A stretch of DNA of 64,000 bases from Callorhinchus milii (taxonomy: Eukaryota), in contig NW_024704742.1 in assembly GCF_018977255.1 (NCBI RefSeq), positions 111,478,001-111,542,000 of the forward strand. The letters run 5' to 3'. The position numbers and the translations under genes are program-made. The notes under the pieces are model-generated. The model was given only the letters and a program-made list of their open reading frames with translations, did no database searches and was not told where the DNA came from. Of this stretch, positions 26,490 to 40,520 are shown piece by piece; the stretch's first letter is position 1; every line of letters begins with the position of its first letter.

Positions 26490-26790
26490 TTGTATTGTTG
26501 GAGGTTCCATCCTTTGGATGAAATGTTAAACCAAGGTCCTGTCTGCCTGTTTAGGTGGAATACTAAAGATCCCGTGGAATTATTTGAAAACATTTCTCCT
26601 GGTATAGTGGACAACAATTCCCCAGTTAAAATTAATCACTCACTTCATGACTGTTTGTGGCACAATGCTGTGAGTAATTTGGCTATCATGTTTAGCTAAA
26701 AATACAATCACTATATCTTACAGTAAAATCCTGTAAATTGCTTAGACATCTTGTGATGAGGTTCTGTATTAAATGCAAGGATTATTATTA
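26490..26790 (+). mobile_element. Deu-domain SINE
   Basis: ggatgaaatgttaaaccaaggtcctgtctgcctg core; tail. Confidence 0.82.
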
Positions 26791-28199
26791 CAAAGGATAG
26801 GTTTTGCACAGCTGTGGAAGGAGCATACTTAATGGTCAAATAGCCTTTACTTTTTCCATCTCCTCTTCTGTTCTTATGCTCAGCCTCCTTTTATTGCTAA
26901 TATACATGAGAACAAAATTGTATAGTGACGTTGCAACATATTTGGTGCTTTTCATTGCCATGCACACAGAAAACTGTTTTTCTGCCTGCTCTCACAAGCT
27001 CGAGCTTGATTTGTGTATGCATGAGGGGCAAACTGATACTGATGGTTGGCTCTGCAGCGTCTCAATGAAACAAATCAGGAATGCCAAGTGTACAAAGGAG
27101 ATGAATATTCCTAGATCCAAACTGTCACATTGGTAATTCTCAGTATTTCTCAGTTTAACAAATAGCTGTCACCTTTTAATGCTACAATTTTGAAAAAAAA
27201 ACTTTAGCTTCTCCCCATTTTGCCCAGGGTTGTGATTCATTCCCAGTTCTTGGCTGAGACTGGAGAAAGGCAACTTGCTTCCAAATACAGTATTTGCAAA
27301 CTCTGTCATTGGAAAGTGCACGATACTGGCTCAGAATGACTTGCCCTGTGTTTTGTCTTCCTTTTCTATGAACAGACCAGGCCAATGTTTGGCACATTTC
27401 ATTGATAAAATGGTTCAGTTTGGGCATGATCTATGTTAGGGGTCAGGCACGAAAGCCAAACCTTTGCAAGGCTGCTGTGGCCTCAGCCCCAATTTTCACA
27501 TTGCACCATCTCCATGTGGCATACAAGAAGCACACAAAGCCTTTTATTCAAGGTATCCTGGGAACTCAGTGATATAAAGCAGTTAATATTTATTAGGTGG
27601 TGAGGTATAGTTGCTTTGAGACATCAAATACAGTTGCACTTTAAAAGTTCAATGGAAACAGGAAAAATAACATTTAGCCTACAGAGATTGAAAGCAATTT
27701 TTTTTGATTAAGGGATCTGAAGCAAATTAAAGTACTTGGTTATATCTGTGTGCTCTGTCCCCAACTCCAGTGAAATATCTTAATGTTGGGATAGTATAGC
27801 CATAATTAAATCCTACGGAGTATTTGGCAGTATGCGTTAAGGTATCATTATCCAATTACGGTGCATTATGCTTTCCTGTCTGATTAATGAAGGGTAAAAT
27901 ATTCCAATAAATATACTCTCATTACTCTGACCATACAAGTCAAGCTGATCCAACAGACAATGAATAAACACAAATGTTGCCATAGAAACTACAATACTGC
28001 TTGACCCAGCATCTGCTTCACTCATATTATTTGATGAAATTCCTGTAGAGAATTAAATATTATTTTAATATTTTTTCTCCATATGTGCTGCTAAACAATT
28101 GTTGAAAACTTGACTGCATATGAGAGTAAAAGTTGCTGAGTTTGGGGGATGCACACTACTTTGATCTCAGAAGCAGCCAGGACTTAACTCTTTGACTGC

Positions 28200-28620
28200 C
28201 ACCTAGTCCATTGAGCCTGTGTTGTCAGCTTGCCCACCAGAGCTATAAATTTTCATCTTGGAGACTTGGAGACCCCAGAGTGTACGTTGGGGAACTGATG
28301 GAATTTAAAACACATAGGTTGCCATTGAAAGTGCCATCTAGCAAGCTTTCCACTATCTGTCAGGTGAAAAGGAACATCCTTACCATGGAGGCTTCAACTT
28401 GCAGGGTTAACAGGAGCTGAGTGTGAAGAATTCCTGCCCCCAGTGACTGGTTTGGCTCCCCACATCCTGTCACTGAGCAGGGTGGTGGGTCTGTCATCAG
28501 CAGTGACCTGTAACATTCGGACCCACCTCGCTAAGGAACTGGATTACTGAAACCGCCACAGAGGATTGCCTTGATTGTGACATTCCATTGCCAAGCCAGT
28601 TCAGCTACAAGGAGACCCTG
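28200..28620 (+). repeat. Old unclassified interspersed repeat (other copies ~35365-35680 and ~52420-52530)
   Basis: Shared cttgg..accccagagtgt, taaaac, caagctt and tctgtca.cagcagt..tactgaaacc.ccaca.aggat blocks. Confidence 0.6.
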
Positions 28621-29007
28621 CTTACCTCCCCCACTGACCCAGGAGGAATTTTTTTTTATCTCTCAAAGGGGCTAAAGATTAAAGCAAGTTACTTGAAAAC
28701 TAAATGAGAGTGTGTTCCAGCAACTATTAGTGCGTGGACATAATTGATTTATTTCTTTAAAGAATCAATACAATTAGTGCATCAGGATGAATCACAAGAA
28801 TATCCTCCATTTCTACACATTAAAAAGCATAAGTGTTCATACGCTGCTACATCCCAAGATCACAAGATTGATTTGGATGAACAAGGTCCTTTAGGCTACT
28901 TAGACATGTTGATCTGGGCTCATTTGGCTGCTAGTTTCACCTATTAAGGGTTCCAAGATAGTTCTCATGGTATTTTTTTCTGTTCTAAGAAAATTATAAG
29001 TGTTTAG

Positions 29008-29390
29008 GTGTCAGCCTAGCTCAGTTGCTAACACTTTTACCTCTCAGTTAGAAGATTGTAGTTCATGTCCCACATCGGGAATTTGAGCACACCAATGCTG
29101 AGGGAGTTTTTTATTGTTGGTGGTTTTGTTGTTTGAATGAGGCATTAAACCAAGAACTTCATTGCTTGTTCAGATGGATATTAAAGATCCCCTGACACTA
29201 TTCGAAAAGAGAAGGGAGTTTCTCTTGGTGTTCCGGACAACCATCCCCCAAATGAAAATTAGTCATTGACTTCATGGCTCTTTGTGGGCATTGCTGTGCA
29301 CAAATTGGCTGTTGCATTCACCCACAAAATACACAGTTATTGCACTTTGCAGTACATCCTATGAAGCACTTTATGATGTTCTCTGAGGGA
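29008..29390 (+). mobile_element. Deu-domain SINE, near full length
   Basis: Head gtgtcagcctagctcagttg; core ttaaagatccc..actattcgaaaagagaagggag. Confidence 0.85.
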
Positions 29391-29689
29391 TAATTCGCAA
29401 CAGAACCAGCCACCAGAATAAATAATTTACCTAAGAAATTCACTATCAACTTTATTCAAATACAAATGATTTACATTAGAGTTTAACAAGGACTTTAAGA
29501 AAGAATGGAATTGATCAATTTCCAGTTAGGAACCATAAAAAAATGTTTAGCACATACTTCACAGAAATCTCGCCAAATAAGGAAAGTTTTACAAAAAAAT
29601 AGGATCTGTATGTGGTGAACTCACATTCAATTGAAAAGTCTGAACATCATCTCAAAAAAGCTGATCTGAAAATCCAGGCAAGAGATTCC

Positions 29690-30490
29690 ATTAAAATTAG
29701 TCATTCACTTTATGGCTGTTTGCAGGAAATTGCTGTGTGCAATTTGGCTGCCAGATATGCCTACATATACACAGTCACTGCACTTCACAATAAAATCCTG
29801 TGAAGTGCTTTGAGACATCTTGATGGTGTGATAAGGTGCTATATCAAATGCAAGCATTATTCTATTAACTGTAAAAAACTGATGGCATTTTTCAAGCTTT
29901 TACAAGCTGTAAGCTATTAAGAAATACAGAACAAATAGCAGTTCCACTTCATACGAACAATATTTTCTTTGCTGGATAAATGCCCACAATCCAATACTTT
30001 TAGGGGAAAAAAGGTTGAATTTCATTTGTCACGTGCTGGCACCGAGTCACACCATATAAATAATTCTCCATGTTTTACTTTATTTTTCTACACAGGGTTA
30101 GATAAACTGGCTTATGCATAAATTTTGAAATGCATATAAGAAATTGTAAGTTATGAAGCGTCCTTTCCACTCTCTTCAGAGAGGACATACAAGGTCAGTT
30201 GTGAATTGCTGAGCTTTCTTAAGCCTGCTTGGTACTCAGATAATAATGTAAGGTAGGACATAATAATAATAAACCTTGCATTTGATATAGCGCCTTATCA
30301 CATCTTCGAGACGTCAAAGGGCTTCACAGAATATAATGTAAAGTGAATTGACTGTAAATTTTGTAGACAAAGCGCCATCTCACGATGCTTCACAGTCGGA
30401 GTGACTGTGTATATTTTGCGGGTGAACGAGGTATCCAATTTGCGCACAGTAATGCCCACAAACAACTCCGAAGGAAATGACCAATTGTAT
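29690..30490. mobile_element. Convergent SINE tails: plus 29690-29870, minus 30262-30490
   Basis: Shared tail in opposite orientations. Confidence 0.8.
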
Positions 30491-31069
30491 TTACATTAGA
30501 ACAATAGAATAGAACAGAATTAGAACATATTTTACTACAATTCCTTTCCTTAATAGAAAAAAAATCTAGCTTACCTTTGTATCCAATTCCTTCGAGCAAA
30601 TTTTACTCAGACCGACTTTATGTTTTTTATATTAAAAAAGAGTCCCAGATCGCCATGTAAATGTCTTATCTTTGCTAATTGACTGAAAGTAGCACGTGGG
30701 AGGGATTCATGCTTCTGCTTGTGTTGGGGATTCTGTTAAGAGGTTGTTGTTCAGCAAAGGCATTTAGTTAAATATGATTCATGGATTCAGACAGATTATC
30801 CTGAGGTACTTTGCCTCTATAGATTGATAATAGCTTGATATTTGCTGAATTAATGCAAAATGACTTTTCCTTTAAAAAGGAAAAAATTGCAGGGCTATGG
30901 GGTAAGAGCAGGGGAGTGGGATTAATTGGTAAAAATATTGTTGGATTGGCAGACCTGCTGTCATTTTAGATTATTTTTAAAAAAGTTGTTTTGGTGAGGG
31001 GTTCATTTCAGTTTTATTAACTAACTGGCAAAAAATACCATTCATGTACAGCAATGTCCTATAGGGCTT

Positions 31070-31620
31070 TATGGAGGCAGTACTGGGCCCTGGGGGGAGT
31101 GGAGGAGAGGGGGAGGGGGAAGAGGGAGTTGACCATAGACAGATAGCAAGGGGGCAAGATGGAGGGAGGGAGTTTCAGAGGGTAGTGACATATTGCCTGA
31201 AGGTTCGGTTGCTAATGATAGGGTGCAAGGAATGGGGAGTGTGTGGCAGCAGGAGTGAGCAGAGGCAGAGAACGTGTGAGGGCATTAAATGACATGTATG
31301 TGAGGATGCACATCTTGAAGTTGGGAGCCAGTGTAGCTCCCTGAGGATGAGAATGACAAGCATGTGAAGTTTTGTGTGGGTAACGATTTGAGTTTTGGAT
31401 GAGCTGGAACTTGTGGATGGTGGAGTTCGAGAGGCTGGTGAGGAGGGCATTTGATAAGGCGAGGAAGATGTGAATTAGGATTTTGACTTTGGGCTAACGA
31501 TAGGGTAGAGGTGGGTAATGTGAAAAAAACTGCAGTTATGGTCAGGGACCGCGTGTGTTGGCAGAAAGGAAGATTAGAGTTCAGATTGTGCATTAGCTCA
31601 ATGAGTTGGTGAGAGAGGCC
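31070..31620 (-). mobile_element. Old L2 3' fragment
   Basis: ILRELHWLP..ISNRTF in translation. Confidence 0.75.
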
Positions 31621-34600
31621 GGTTGGGTTGTGGAAATCCCTTTTATAGGCACCTTAGGAAGAATTGCCTATGGTATTTTAAATATAAAACAAATCACATT
31701 GTGCTTTCAGAATGTATTTCTTTTGGAATGATCTGAACATTTGCAACTTTGAATGATTCAGATTTATATAGGTCTCAGCACAATTGCATTGGAATATTTA
31801 GCAGATTTTGTTCAGCTTAACACAAAATTCACAATATTGCCAGTAACAGCAACATATCCCAATGGATATGCATAATGCCTATCTCTTAAAGAGACAGATA
31901 CCACAAACACTGCGCTCATTGTTCATTTTATTGTATTGGAAAAGCAGTGAAGTCTGTGCCTGTGTGTCTGTCAATTTGTGTTCTTGGCAGCCTTACAGTG
32001 CTGTGTGTCTAAGTACATGGCAGGCAAGAATGGCAACTTTCTCCAACTTCAGTATTCTCTGAATATGAATCCGAATCAAAAGCCCAAATTCATCCATAGA
32101 CTTATCCCCAGGGCAGTGTGCAGATATGTATTTTCAAGAAATGAAGAGGGGCAACAGTAGCAGCAAAAGCATAGAAATAGAACCTAATAAATAAGAGTGT
32201 CTAGACTTGGGTCAGAGGGCACACAATCAGACACATGTCGCTGTGGATTCAGTTTCACAGAAACAGAATGATTGTTTTTTTTCTCACCAAAACATTTTTG
32301 TAACTTGAAGCAATTAAAGCAAAACCTGGGCATCTCAAAGATTACCTTGGCCACTACCAACCTTCACCCACCAACAATTTTAAATGAGGTCCAATCGGGT
32401 GATCTATGCCCCAGGAATAAGGAGGGAATGAATGCACCACTCTGCCATGGCCATTACTGTATATTTCAATTAAAGTCTGATCAAGAAGTGTTCACTGTGA
32501 AGCTATCAATTTAATGGGGGAAATTCAATATTTCTGAACCGTTGCCCTTTGATTACAAGCAGGGGAGAGATAACTAACTGCAAGGACTAACAAGGGACTT
32601 TTAATGCTCCTGAGTATTGGTTCCTTGATCAAGAGCAAGCGAGCGACTAAGAGAAAGTAGAGAGTTCTACATTCCCTCCGGAGTACTTCCTGACTACAAG
32701 CAGCTACTATTTACTGCACCAGCAACTAATGAATGTGCAAGCACCGAGGAAGTCAATGTCCTGGGTGCAATATTGAGATGCAAATCGAAATGCACACTAA
32801 TTATACTGGATTGTTAAAACAATTCTTGGAAAGGAAGGGTGCACCGAGTCCTGCTAGTGAGAAGCCTCGGAATGTTAAAAATCCCTCAACAGCTGCTCCA
32901 GCACTGTGAGAGGCTGTAGACAAGGGGATCTGCATGTACAAATATATCGACCCAAGGGACACTAAGCAAGCTGAAGAGATTGTGATTTAAAAGGGAGATG
33001 TACCTCATTCAGAGGCTGATTAGTGAGAAAGGATGGAACTTCATTGTTTCAATTTCACTTGTGAATTAAATGCTGCAGGTGAAAAATGTAATGTTTCTTT
33101 ACAGATTAAATGCTTTCTCAAACACATTAAGAAGCAAAGCATTTTCACCTGAATGTTTCATATATATTGTAAAGTGCTGAGGAAGTAGTAAATATAAAGG
33201 TCAATGGTACAATAATAAAAATTAATCTAACATGAAAATAAATGGACATTCAAATGCTGAAAACATGAGGTCTTAAGGTAATTTTCTTGTTCAATGATTA
33301 CAATACATTGGGCACAACGATAAGTTTAAAGTGCATTTCATGCCCAATTACCTCTTTAAGTATGATGGTGTGAACTGAAACTTGCTTTGTAAGGGAAGCA
33401 TAATTCCTGCAGTAAAATTGCTATTGAAGGTTAAGCAGCAAGACGTCTGCTACATTGCTATTTATATTAATTTTCAGTTAGTTTATACTAAGCAGTGAAA
33501 CAATCTTAAGTCAAATTAGGCATAGTCAATTTGTAGAAATAGGCATAGTTCCAGTCCAAATATATTGATCTGGAATCTGTACCTGGAAGGGAAGTGTGTT
33601 GTGTATTGCTGGTGCTCAATTTCCTTATGCTGTAAAGGTGACAACAGTTTTATTAAGTTGACGTCTGAAGCAACATTTCAATTCCATGTTTGGTCAGGCT
33701 GTAAGAGAAGTCCTGCGTTGCAATGCCCTTTGTCTGTCTTTGGGCCTCTGTGTGTTTGCAGACAAGTCTGTTACCAGCTGAACTAATTCACCGTGGCCAG
33801 ATATTAGATAACATGCATAGAAATGTTTACCTTTAATTTTTGCAGCACAGCCCAACATTTGAATGGTTAATGATGTGAAAAAGGAATATTAGACAGCCTG
33901 CTGAGCTCGCATGTGGTGAGTCATTGCATCGAGCCATGGTGTAGGAGAGCTTTGGTTCACCCTTTCTATTCCACCAACGTTGAATGTCCAGATCTTGGTT
34001 GACTATCAGTGGCTATCAGCCAAAGCCAAGCATTTCCTGAAAGTGAAGAAACGGATATAACAGTTAAAGCAGAGACCTTGTGAATCTCCTTATGTTGAAG
34101 TGAAACCAATTTTATTTTATTGAGGGATTGTTGGCTGGAATAGCAGGAGATACTCCATTCTCTTTTCAAACAGTGCCATGAAATCTTTAACGTCCACCTA
34201 AATAGGCAGATGGGATAATGCAGGCCCCCTCAGTACTACATTGAAGTATCAGCCTAGATTATGTGAAGTTCAAGTCCTGACTTGTGGCCTATCCCCACAA
34301 CCTTCTGACCCAGAAACAATTAGCACCTTTCCCCTTGGTTAATAATAATAATAATCATTGCATTTCACATAGTGCCTTTCACATCAGAAGGACGACTCAA
34401 AGGTATAACTTCAACTGTGCAAACCAAAATTCCAACTAGCAGGGTGGTTCCACCTGGACAAATACTGGGCTGAGCAATTGCCAATCTTTCCCTTGAATGA
34501 AATGTGTAAGATGTGTTAGGTAGCTAGCAACCAAAAGAAAGAGAATTAAGAATTTGTAAGTTTATAGTGCCTTATAATGTCACAACATTTCAAAGTGTTT

Positions 34601-34834
34601 TATGGTACTTACTGACAATTGTAGTGACTTTTTCTAGGCAAATGTGGCAACCATTTTGTATACAAGTTGTTGTTTTGTTAGCTGGGTGTCCGACATACAT
34701 GGAAAGCATCAACATGCTTAAAACCAGACAGAGAGTTTCACATATGCATGTCACCTATACATGGAATTTCCCTGTGTCAGGAACGAAATAGATACTCTCT
34801 ACCTGAGGGACACACCCTGATTCTGGAGAATATT

Positions 34835-35355
34835 CCAACAACAACTTGCATTTATATAGCACCTTTCATGTGCTCTAGGGTAGAGTCTGAGTGCTTGACA
34901 GTGGCGGTGTCTGACCCCAAGCCAGGGGAGAGTGAGGGTGTAGGTGACTGTAAGCATGATCAAAAAGCAAGGTCTTTAGGCGGAATTTGAAAGTGGGGAG
35001 GGATGGAGGAGGCAAGGGTAGGGATTGAGGGAGAGAGTTCCAGAGTTTTGCAGTTTAGTGGCTGAAGGTACGGCCACCAATAATGGAGCAAAGTAGATGA
35101 GGGACAAACAGGAGGCCAGAGCCAGCCAAGTGGAGGCAGTGGGTGGGGGAGTGTGGGGTGAGCAAATCGGATAGGTAGGGAAGTGCGAGGGCAGGAAGGT
35201 ATTTGAAAACAACAACTTGAGTGAGAGGATCTTGAAATCGATTTGTTCAGTAATTGGTAGCCAGTGGAGCCTAGCAAGAACTGTTGTGATAAGGGTACAG
35301 AGTTTAGTGTGGGTGAGAATCTGGGTGGCGGAGTTTTGAATGAGTTGAATTCAGA
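34835..35355 (-). mobile_element. L2 3' end (subfamily B)
   Basis: acaacaacttgcatttatatagcacc tail; gaggatcttgaaatcgat; gccagtggagcc. Confidence 0.88.
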
Positions 35356-37549
35356 ATTTTAGGCACAGGTTGGCAAGAGCAAAAGCTTGGGAACCCCAGA
35401 GTGTGAGGTGGGGTGCTATCGGAGTTTAACCTGCTAAAACAGTACAGTTTGCCATCAGAGCACTCTCTAACAAGCTTCCTGCTGCATGCCCACACTACCT
35501 ATTGGGGGTTATAGGGTTAATAGAAGTCAAGTGGAAAGAATCTCTGCCCCTAGTGTCTGCTCTTCCATGTCCTACCGATGAGCCAGGCTAGCCTGTCTGT
35601 CACCAGCAGTCCCCTGGAGTTCTGCAGATACGTCTGGCTCAGCAACTGAACTACTGAAACCTCCACAAAGGATGGATTCAATTCCAATATTCCTTTGCTG
35701 GGCACGTCACCTTGGTGTCCCATATGTGTCTATGAGGTGAATGACCAATTAGAGGAATGTTGGTTGAGATACTTGGAGAGACTCCTTTCTCTATTCAAAT
35801 AGTGGCAAAGAATCTCTTATAGTCACTTTGAGTTTGAGCCCAAGGGTGGGTTGGCAAGAACTGGAGAAGCGAACACAAGGACTTCCCAACAAGCCTACAC
35901 ATTCCGAATTTGTGAACAATATGATACAATTTACACTTGTATAGCATTTTTCACATTGTGAGGAAGTCTGAAAGTGCTTAACATCACTGGCTGGGCGCCC
36001 AAGCTGGGATTAGGAGCTGAAGTGGGTGGGGAGGGGAAAGATGTCTGAAAGCCCGATCGAAGAGGTACTTGAGATGGACCTTGAATGAGGGAAAGGAGCA
36101 AGCTAGTCAGAGGGAATCTGTGAGGGAGTTACAGAGAATAGGAATGGATGAAAGCTTTTCTGCTAATGGTGGGACAGATAAGACGGGGGACATAGAGCTG
36201 GCCAGTGTTATCTGGGTGAAAGGAACAACTGGGTCGGTAAGGTTGTAGGAGGTCGCAGATAATAATAAACTATCTGTACACATGGATCCCAATTTTCTCT
36301 TCTGTACAAATCTTGTGCTTCCCAAAAATAGCAAACCTGAATCCCATCAGGGCAGGAATCCAAAAAGGAAGCAGGGTTCAGCTTTCTTGCCATACAATGG
36401 ATACAGTGGAGTCTAACTCACTGAGGCTGCTGGGGATCATTCCTCCCGTGGCCAAATAAAGAAATGTTTGCTAAGAGACCATTTATGCACCTTCGGGCCC
36501 TTTGACTAATATTTACAGAATTATTTATTTTCTTCTCTGTGCAAGATGGGAAAATGATATACAGTCTTACTGCACGGTGTGCCAGTCTCATTGTGATGAA
36601 TGGGGTGGAGGATATTTTACCCTTTAATGACTTAAGGTTTCACTTTTGGGAAGCAGAAAACTCCCACCATCCACTAGCTTCAACAATCTATACCAAGACA
36701 AACAGCAATTCATATTAAAACCTGTTTGCCCCCCCAAAAAACTTTGGAAAACATTTTACAAAACAAGAACAAATTGGGCTTCTTTAGTACTTTAAAATTG
36801 TAATTATAATCTTGTTCAGATGGTACTTAAATGACGTGAGTTGGTGCTAATCTTCGATAAGGCCAGCAACAATAAGTAAGCAATGCAGATTCTTTGGCTC
36901 AAAGTCTTACTGCCTGTGGTATGTATTCACTCACAATGTTAAGCCTGCAAAATTGTGTCAACTCAATGTATACATTCGCAACCTTTGTAAAATTGTGGTT
37001 TCTGATACTTTTTCTATTGAATTTGCCAAATATTTATTGTTTCCTCACTGCTAGAGCAGGTTCATAGATTTGATTTTCTGTTAGAAAAATGCACAAAATT
37101 TAATTTACAGTACTTCATGTAATAATGCTTCAGGTAATAATGCACACAAACAAATGGGGAGAAATATAATGAGAGCAATGTTAAAACAAATCTTTTCCAC
37201 AGAAATGGTCACTTAATTCTTTAAGGTCACCCAAGTTCTTCCTTAGCTGATAACTTTGTCCATGTTGTGATGAGTGGTAGTACAATGTGTCAGTAATGTA
37301 TCAGTTTCAACAGCTGTTTATCTTTGTTCTGTCTCTTCCCCTGGATGTTGTCTGGCATTGCTTCTGCTGCTACCGATAGTATGTTCCTTCTCCATAAGTA
37401 GTGACATTATACTAGTGATTACAAATGCAAAGCTATAATTAGAATAGACAAGTCCAGTTCTTGCACTCCCAGGGCTTTGTTTTGTACCACGCACAAGGGG
37501 ACTCAAATACTATGTGCAGCTTGACTCATAAACATTTGGTGGCAATAAT

Positions 37550-37840
37550 ATAACAATCCTTGCTTTTGATATAGTGCCTTTCAAAGAGCTTCACAGGAAT
37601 TAATGTAAAGTGTAGTGACTCTTTATTTGTAAGCGAACCAAATTGCAATCAATTTGAGCATAGCAATGTCCTACAAAGAGCCATAAAGTGAATGGCCAAT
37701 TTTCATTTGAGGGATTGTTGCTCAGGACACCAGAAGAAACTCCCTTCTTTTTTGAATAGTGCCATGGGATCTTTAACATCCAACTGAACAGGCAGATGGA
37801 GCCTTTGCTTCTAATGCAATGACTGCATCAGCACCTTATG
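37550..37840 (-). mobile_element. Deu-domain SINE
   Basis: gaatagtgccatgggatctttaacatcc core; tail. Confidence 0.83.
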
Positions 37841-39172
37841 TTCAAACCCCTTCCACATAAGGAATGAGGAAGATGGGGTTAATGGAGTCTGTGGACTGAG
37901 ATGTTATCCTGCATGAAGGCGCTATATAAATGCCAGTTATTGTTGTGAATGCAAAACAGTCATGCCAGGCTAAAATGGACAATACCTCCCATTTTCCCAC
38001 AATCAATGTGCTTCATTCTGGAAAGAATGGGTAACATAAACATACAATGGCTGACAGTGCACTTCAAGATGGATTGAAAGTTTTTTTTTCTCTATAGTCA
38101 TGGACCTAGAAAATAATAGTGTTAGCTCTGCAACTCTGATAATTAAGCTGTATTGGGATGACACTCCCCGGCTATATTTTAGCTGCAAGCTTAATGAGAG
38201 ATACCAGACATTACATTATACAGTAGCTGTCAGCTCTCTCCAACCTTAATGTGAGCAGTACCACAAGAGTTGCGAATGCTTAAGCCAGATCTCCATGTTT
38301 ATGCCTGGAATCACAATATTCCATATCAATCCACAAGCGATATTGCACACTGCACTTTTATAGCCCGTGCAACTTTCACTACTTGACCATGGCATTACCT
38401 AGGACTCTGCCCTTTGTAAGATGAGGTTTAAATACAATTATCTATTACTCACTGAACATGGGCTGGTGAAGGAAGATAAGTCTTGTTGGGAGTCTGCTGC
38501 CTGTTAATAGCCTTCAGTATGATTTCTCCAGCTCTTTCTGTGTTCCCAGCAAACACCAGGGCCAAATCTGGTGACATCTGTTCTTGTTGCAGCTTGTCTG
38601 GCCTCCCCCTGTTGTTTTACCACCTAATATGAATCTGCAGCTTCTGAAAGCATGTTCCTTCTGCATAAGCAATAACATACTAGTGACTGAAAATCCAAAG
38701 ATAGAATTGGAGCAGCCCCTTCTCGTCCTCTGCATCTCCAGGGCTTCATTTCTCACCAGACAACAGCAAAAGCATCGCACACATGTAACTTGACGTCCAC
38801 ATAGGATAGTATCTTTGGGGACACTTTAGGAAGACAATCAGGGGGATCATAGGGAAGAAATTGAATTTTAAGGATGTTTGAAGATCAAATGCTATTTGCA
38901 GCCTTACTTAAAAGACAATTGGGGACACCATCTGTGTTAGCATCTACCTCTCACCATAAAACAAGTGTAGTGTAGAGATATGTGCATATCCTTCCTTGTT
39001 CTTAGTAATAAATAATTTGCACATTTAACATGATACCTTTCACATTTGGAGGATGTCTCAAAGCGCTCATAGCATTCATAGGGTTTTCTTACTTCTAAAG
39101 TAAGCATCTCATTTCAAAAGAATCAGATTAGGCCCATAATCTTATCAGCACTACCAGGAATTCTGTCTGTTT

Positions 39173-39288
39173 CAGGGATTTCCTTGATACAAGGGATTTC
39201 CTCTGTATCACGGATTTCCTCTGTATCAGGGATTCTCTCTCTAACCCCAGGGATTCCCTCTGTACCAGGATTCCCTTCATACCAGATT
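39173..39288. repeat. Degenerate minisatellite, ~18-21 bp unit (gggatttcctctgtatca), about 6 copies
   Basis: Direct reading. Confidence 0.85.
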
Positions 39289-40144
39289 GCGAGCTATCAG
39301 GTAGTTTTATTCCTCTTCATTCCAGAGAGGAATATTGGCTTCCAGTGACTCCTGATCTGGAGCAGGCTGGACCAAGAGATGACATTTCCAAATAACCTCA
39401 CTGCTGTTGCTCCAGTAGTGTCTATGAAGCTCCCTTCATCAAAAGGTACATATCTTATGAGGGAAAACTTATTTCTCCCCATTACTTGGTCATTCACCTT
39501 GTGGGTGTTTGTGGGATCTTGCTGGCACCAGTGGTTGCAGTGTTTCCTTGAAAAACTGTCACTCCACTTGATTGTAATTACTCTTGTTGTGCTTTGAAAC
39601 ATGACAAACATGATAAAAAATGCAATTTATTTTCTAAATTTCCTTCCTTCCTTCATCATCTGCAACACATAGATGAAGGGTCACTGAATGAAACAGAGAT
39701 ATATTAACAGGAAGGTAACTGATGCACGTTCCTAGGTCTGTTCACAGTCTTGGAGCGTTGAATGTCTAAATTCTCTAATGTTAGTTTCCTTCAATCAAAA
39801 AGTGAGGTGCTCATAGCCAAACCCAGACAGCAATGTACTGTTCTAGAAATGTCTTCTCCAGAAAGCCACCCCATGCGTGCTCTGGGGTGAGTCACATCAA
39901 TTGTTCAGATCTGTCTGCTTTTGCTGGTATTTCTGTCTACAAGCAGCCACTTGATAACATCGGCAATGACGGCAAAGCATTTTTGCAAAGTAGTAACAGG
40001 GTTGTCTGACTAGATCTGCTTAAATCAGTCAACTCAGGATCAGGCTCGCCTATGATGTCCCCCATGGTCTCAGAGATCACTGACTCACATATAAAGTGTG
40101 GCTGATGTACTGGACTTTACTCAGAGCCAGCACAGTAATTTTAC

Positions 40145-40520
40145 AATAACAATAACAAATTATGTTTGTGTGACGCTTTCACGTCAGGAGGATGTCCCAA
40201 GGCACTGGACAGTCAGGGATTTGGACCTGTGCAGGGGGTTGGAATCAGGGGGTTGGAGGGCAGGGAGGGTAGAGAAAGGAGGGTAGCCGAAGGTGCGTTT
40301 GAAGAGGAGGGTCCTGAGATGTGCCTTAAAGGTAGCAAGGGAGGGAGCGATGCGAAGGCACTGTGGGATGGAGTTACAAAGGGTGGGAGCTGAAGCTGAA
40401 GGCCTGGCCGCCGATGGCGGGGTGGCACAGGCGGGGGACATGGAGCAGGCTGGAGCCTGCTGAGCAGAGGGAGCGGACAGTTTGATATGAGGTTAGGAGA
40501 TCACAGAAGCAGGAATGAGC
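40145..40520 (-). mobile_element. L2 3' end (subfamily A)
   Basis: SAPTLCNSIPQCLRIAPSLATFKAHLRTLLF. Confidence 0.9.

Noticed and set aside
33076..33151. Hairpin caggtgaaaa / ttttcacctg
   Set aside because: Only 10 bp with a long loop; plausible by chance
39173..39288. CRISPR-like array
   Set aside because: Adjacent degenerate units without unique spacers, in eukaryotic DNA
39668..39696. agatgaagggtcactgaatgaaac resembling the Penelope hammerhead
   Set aside because: CUGA box and stem II broken; no flanking Penelope sequence
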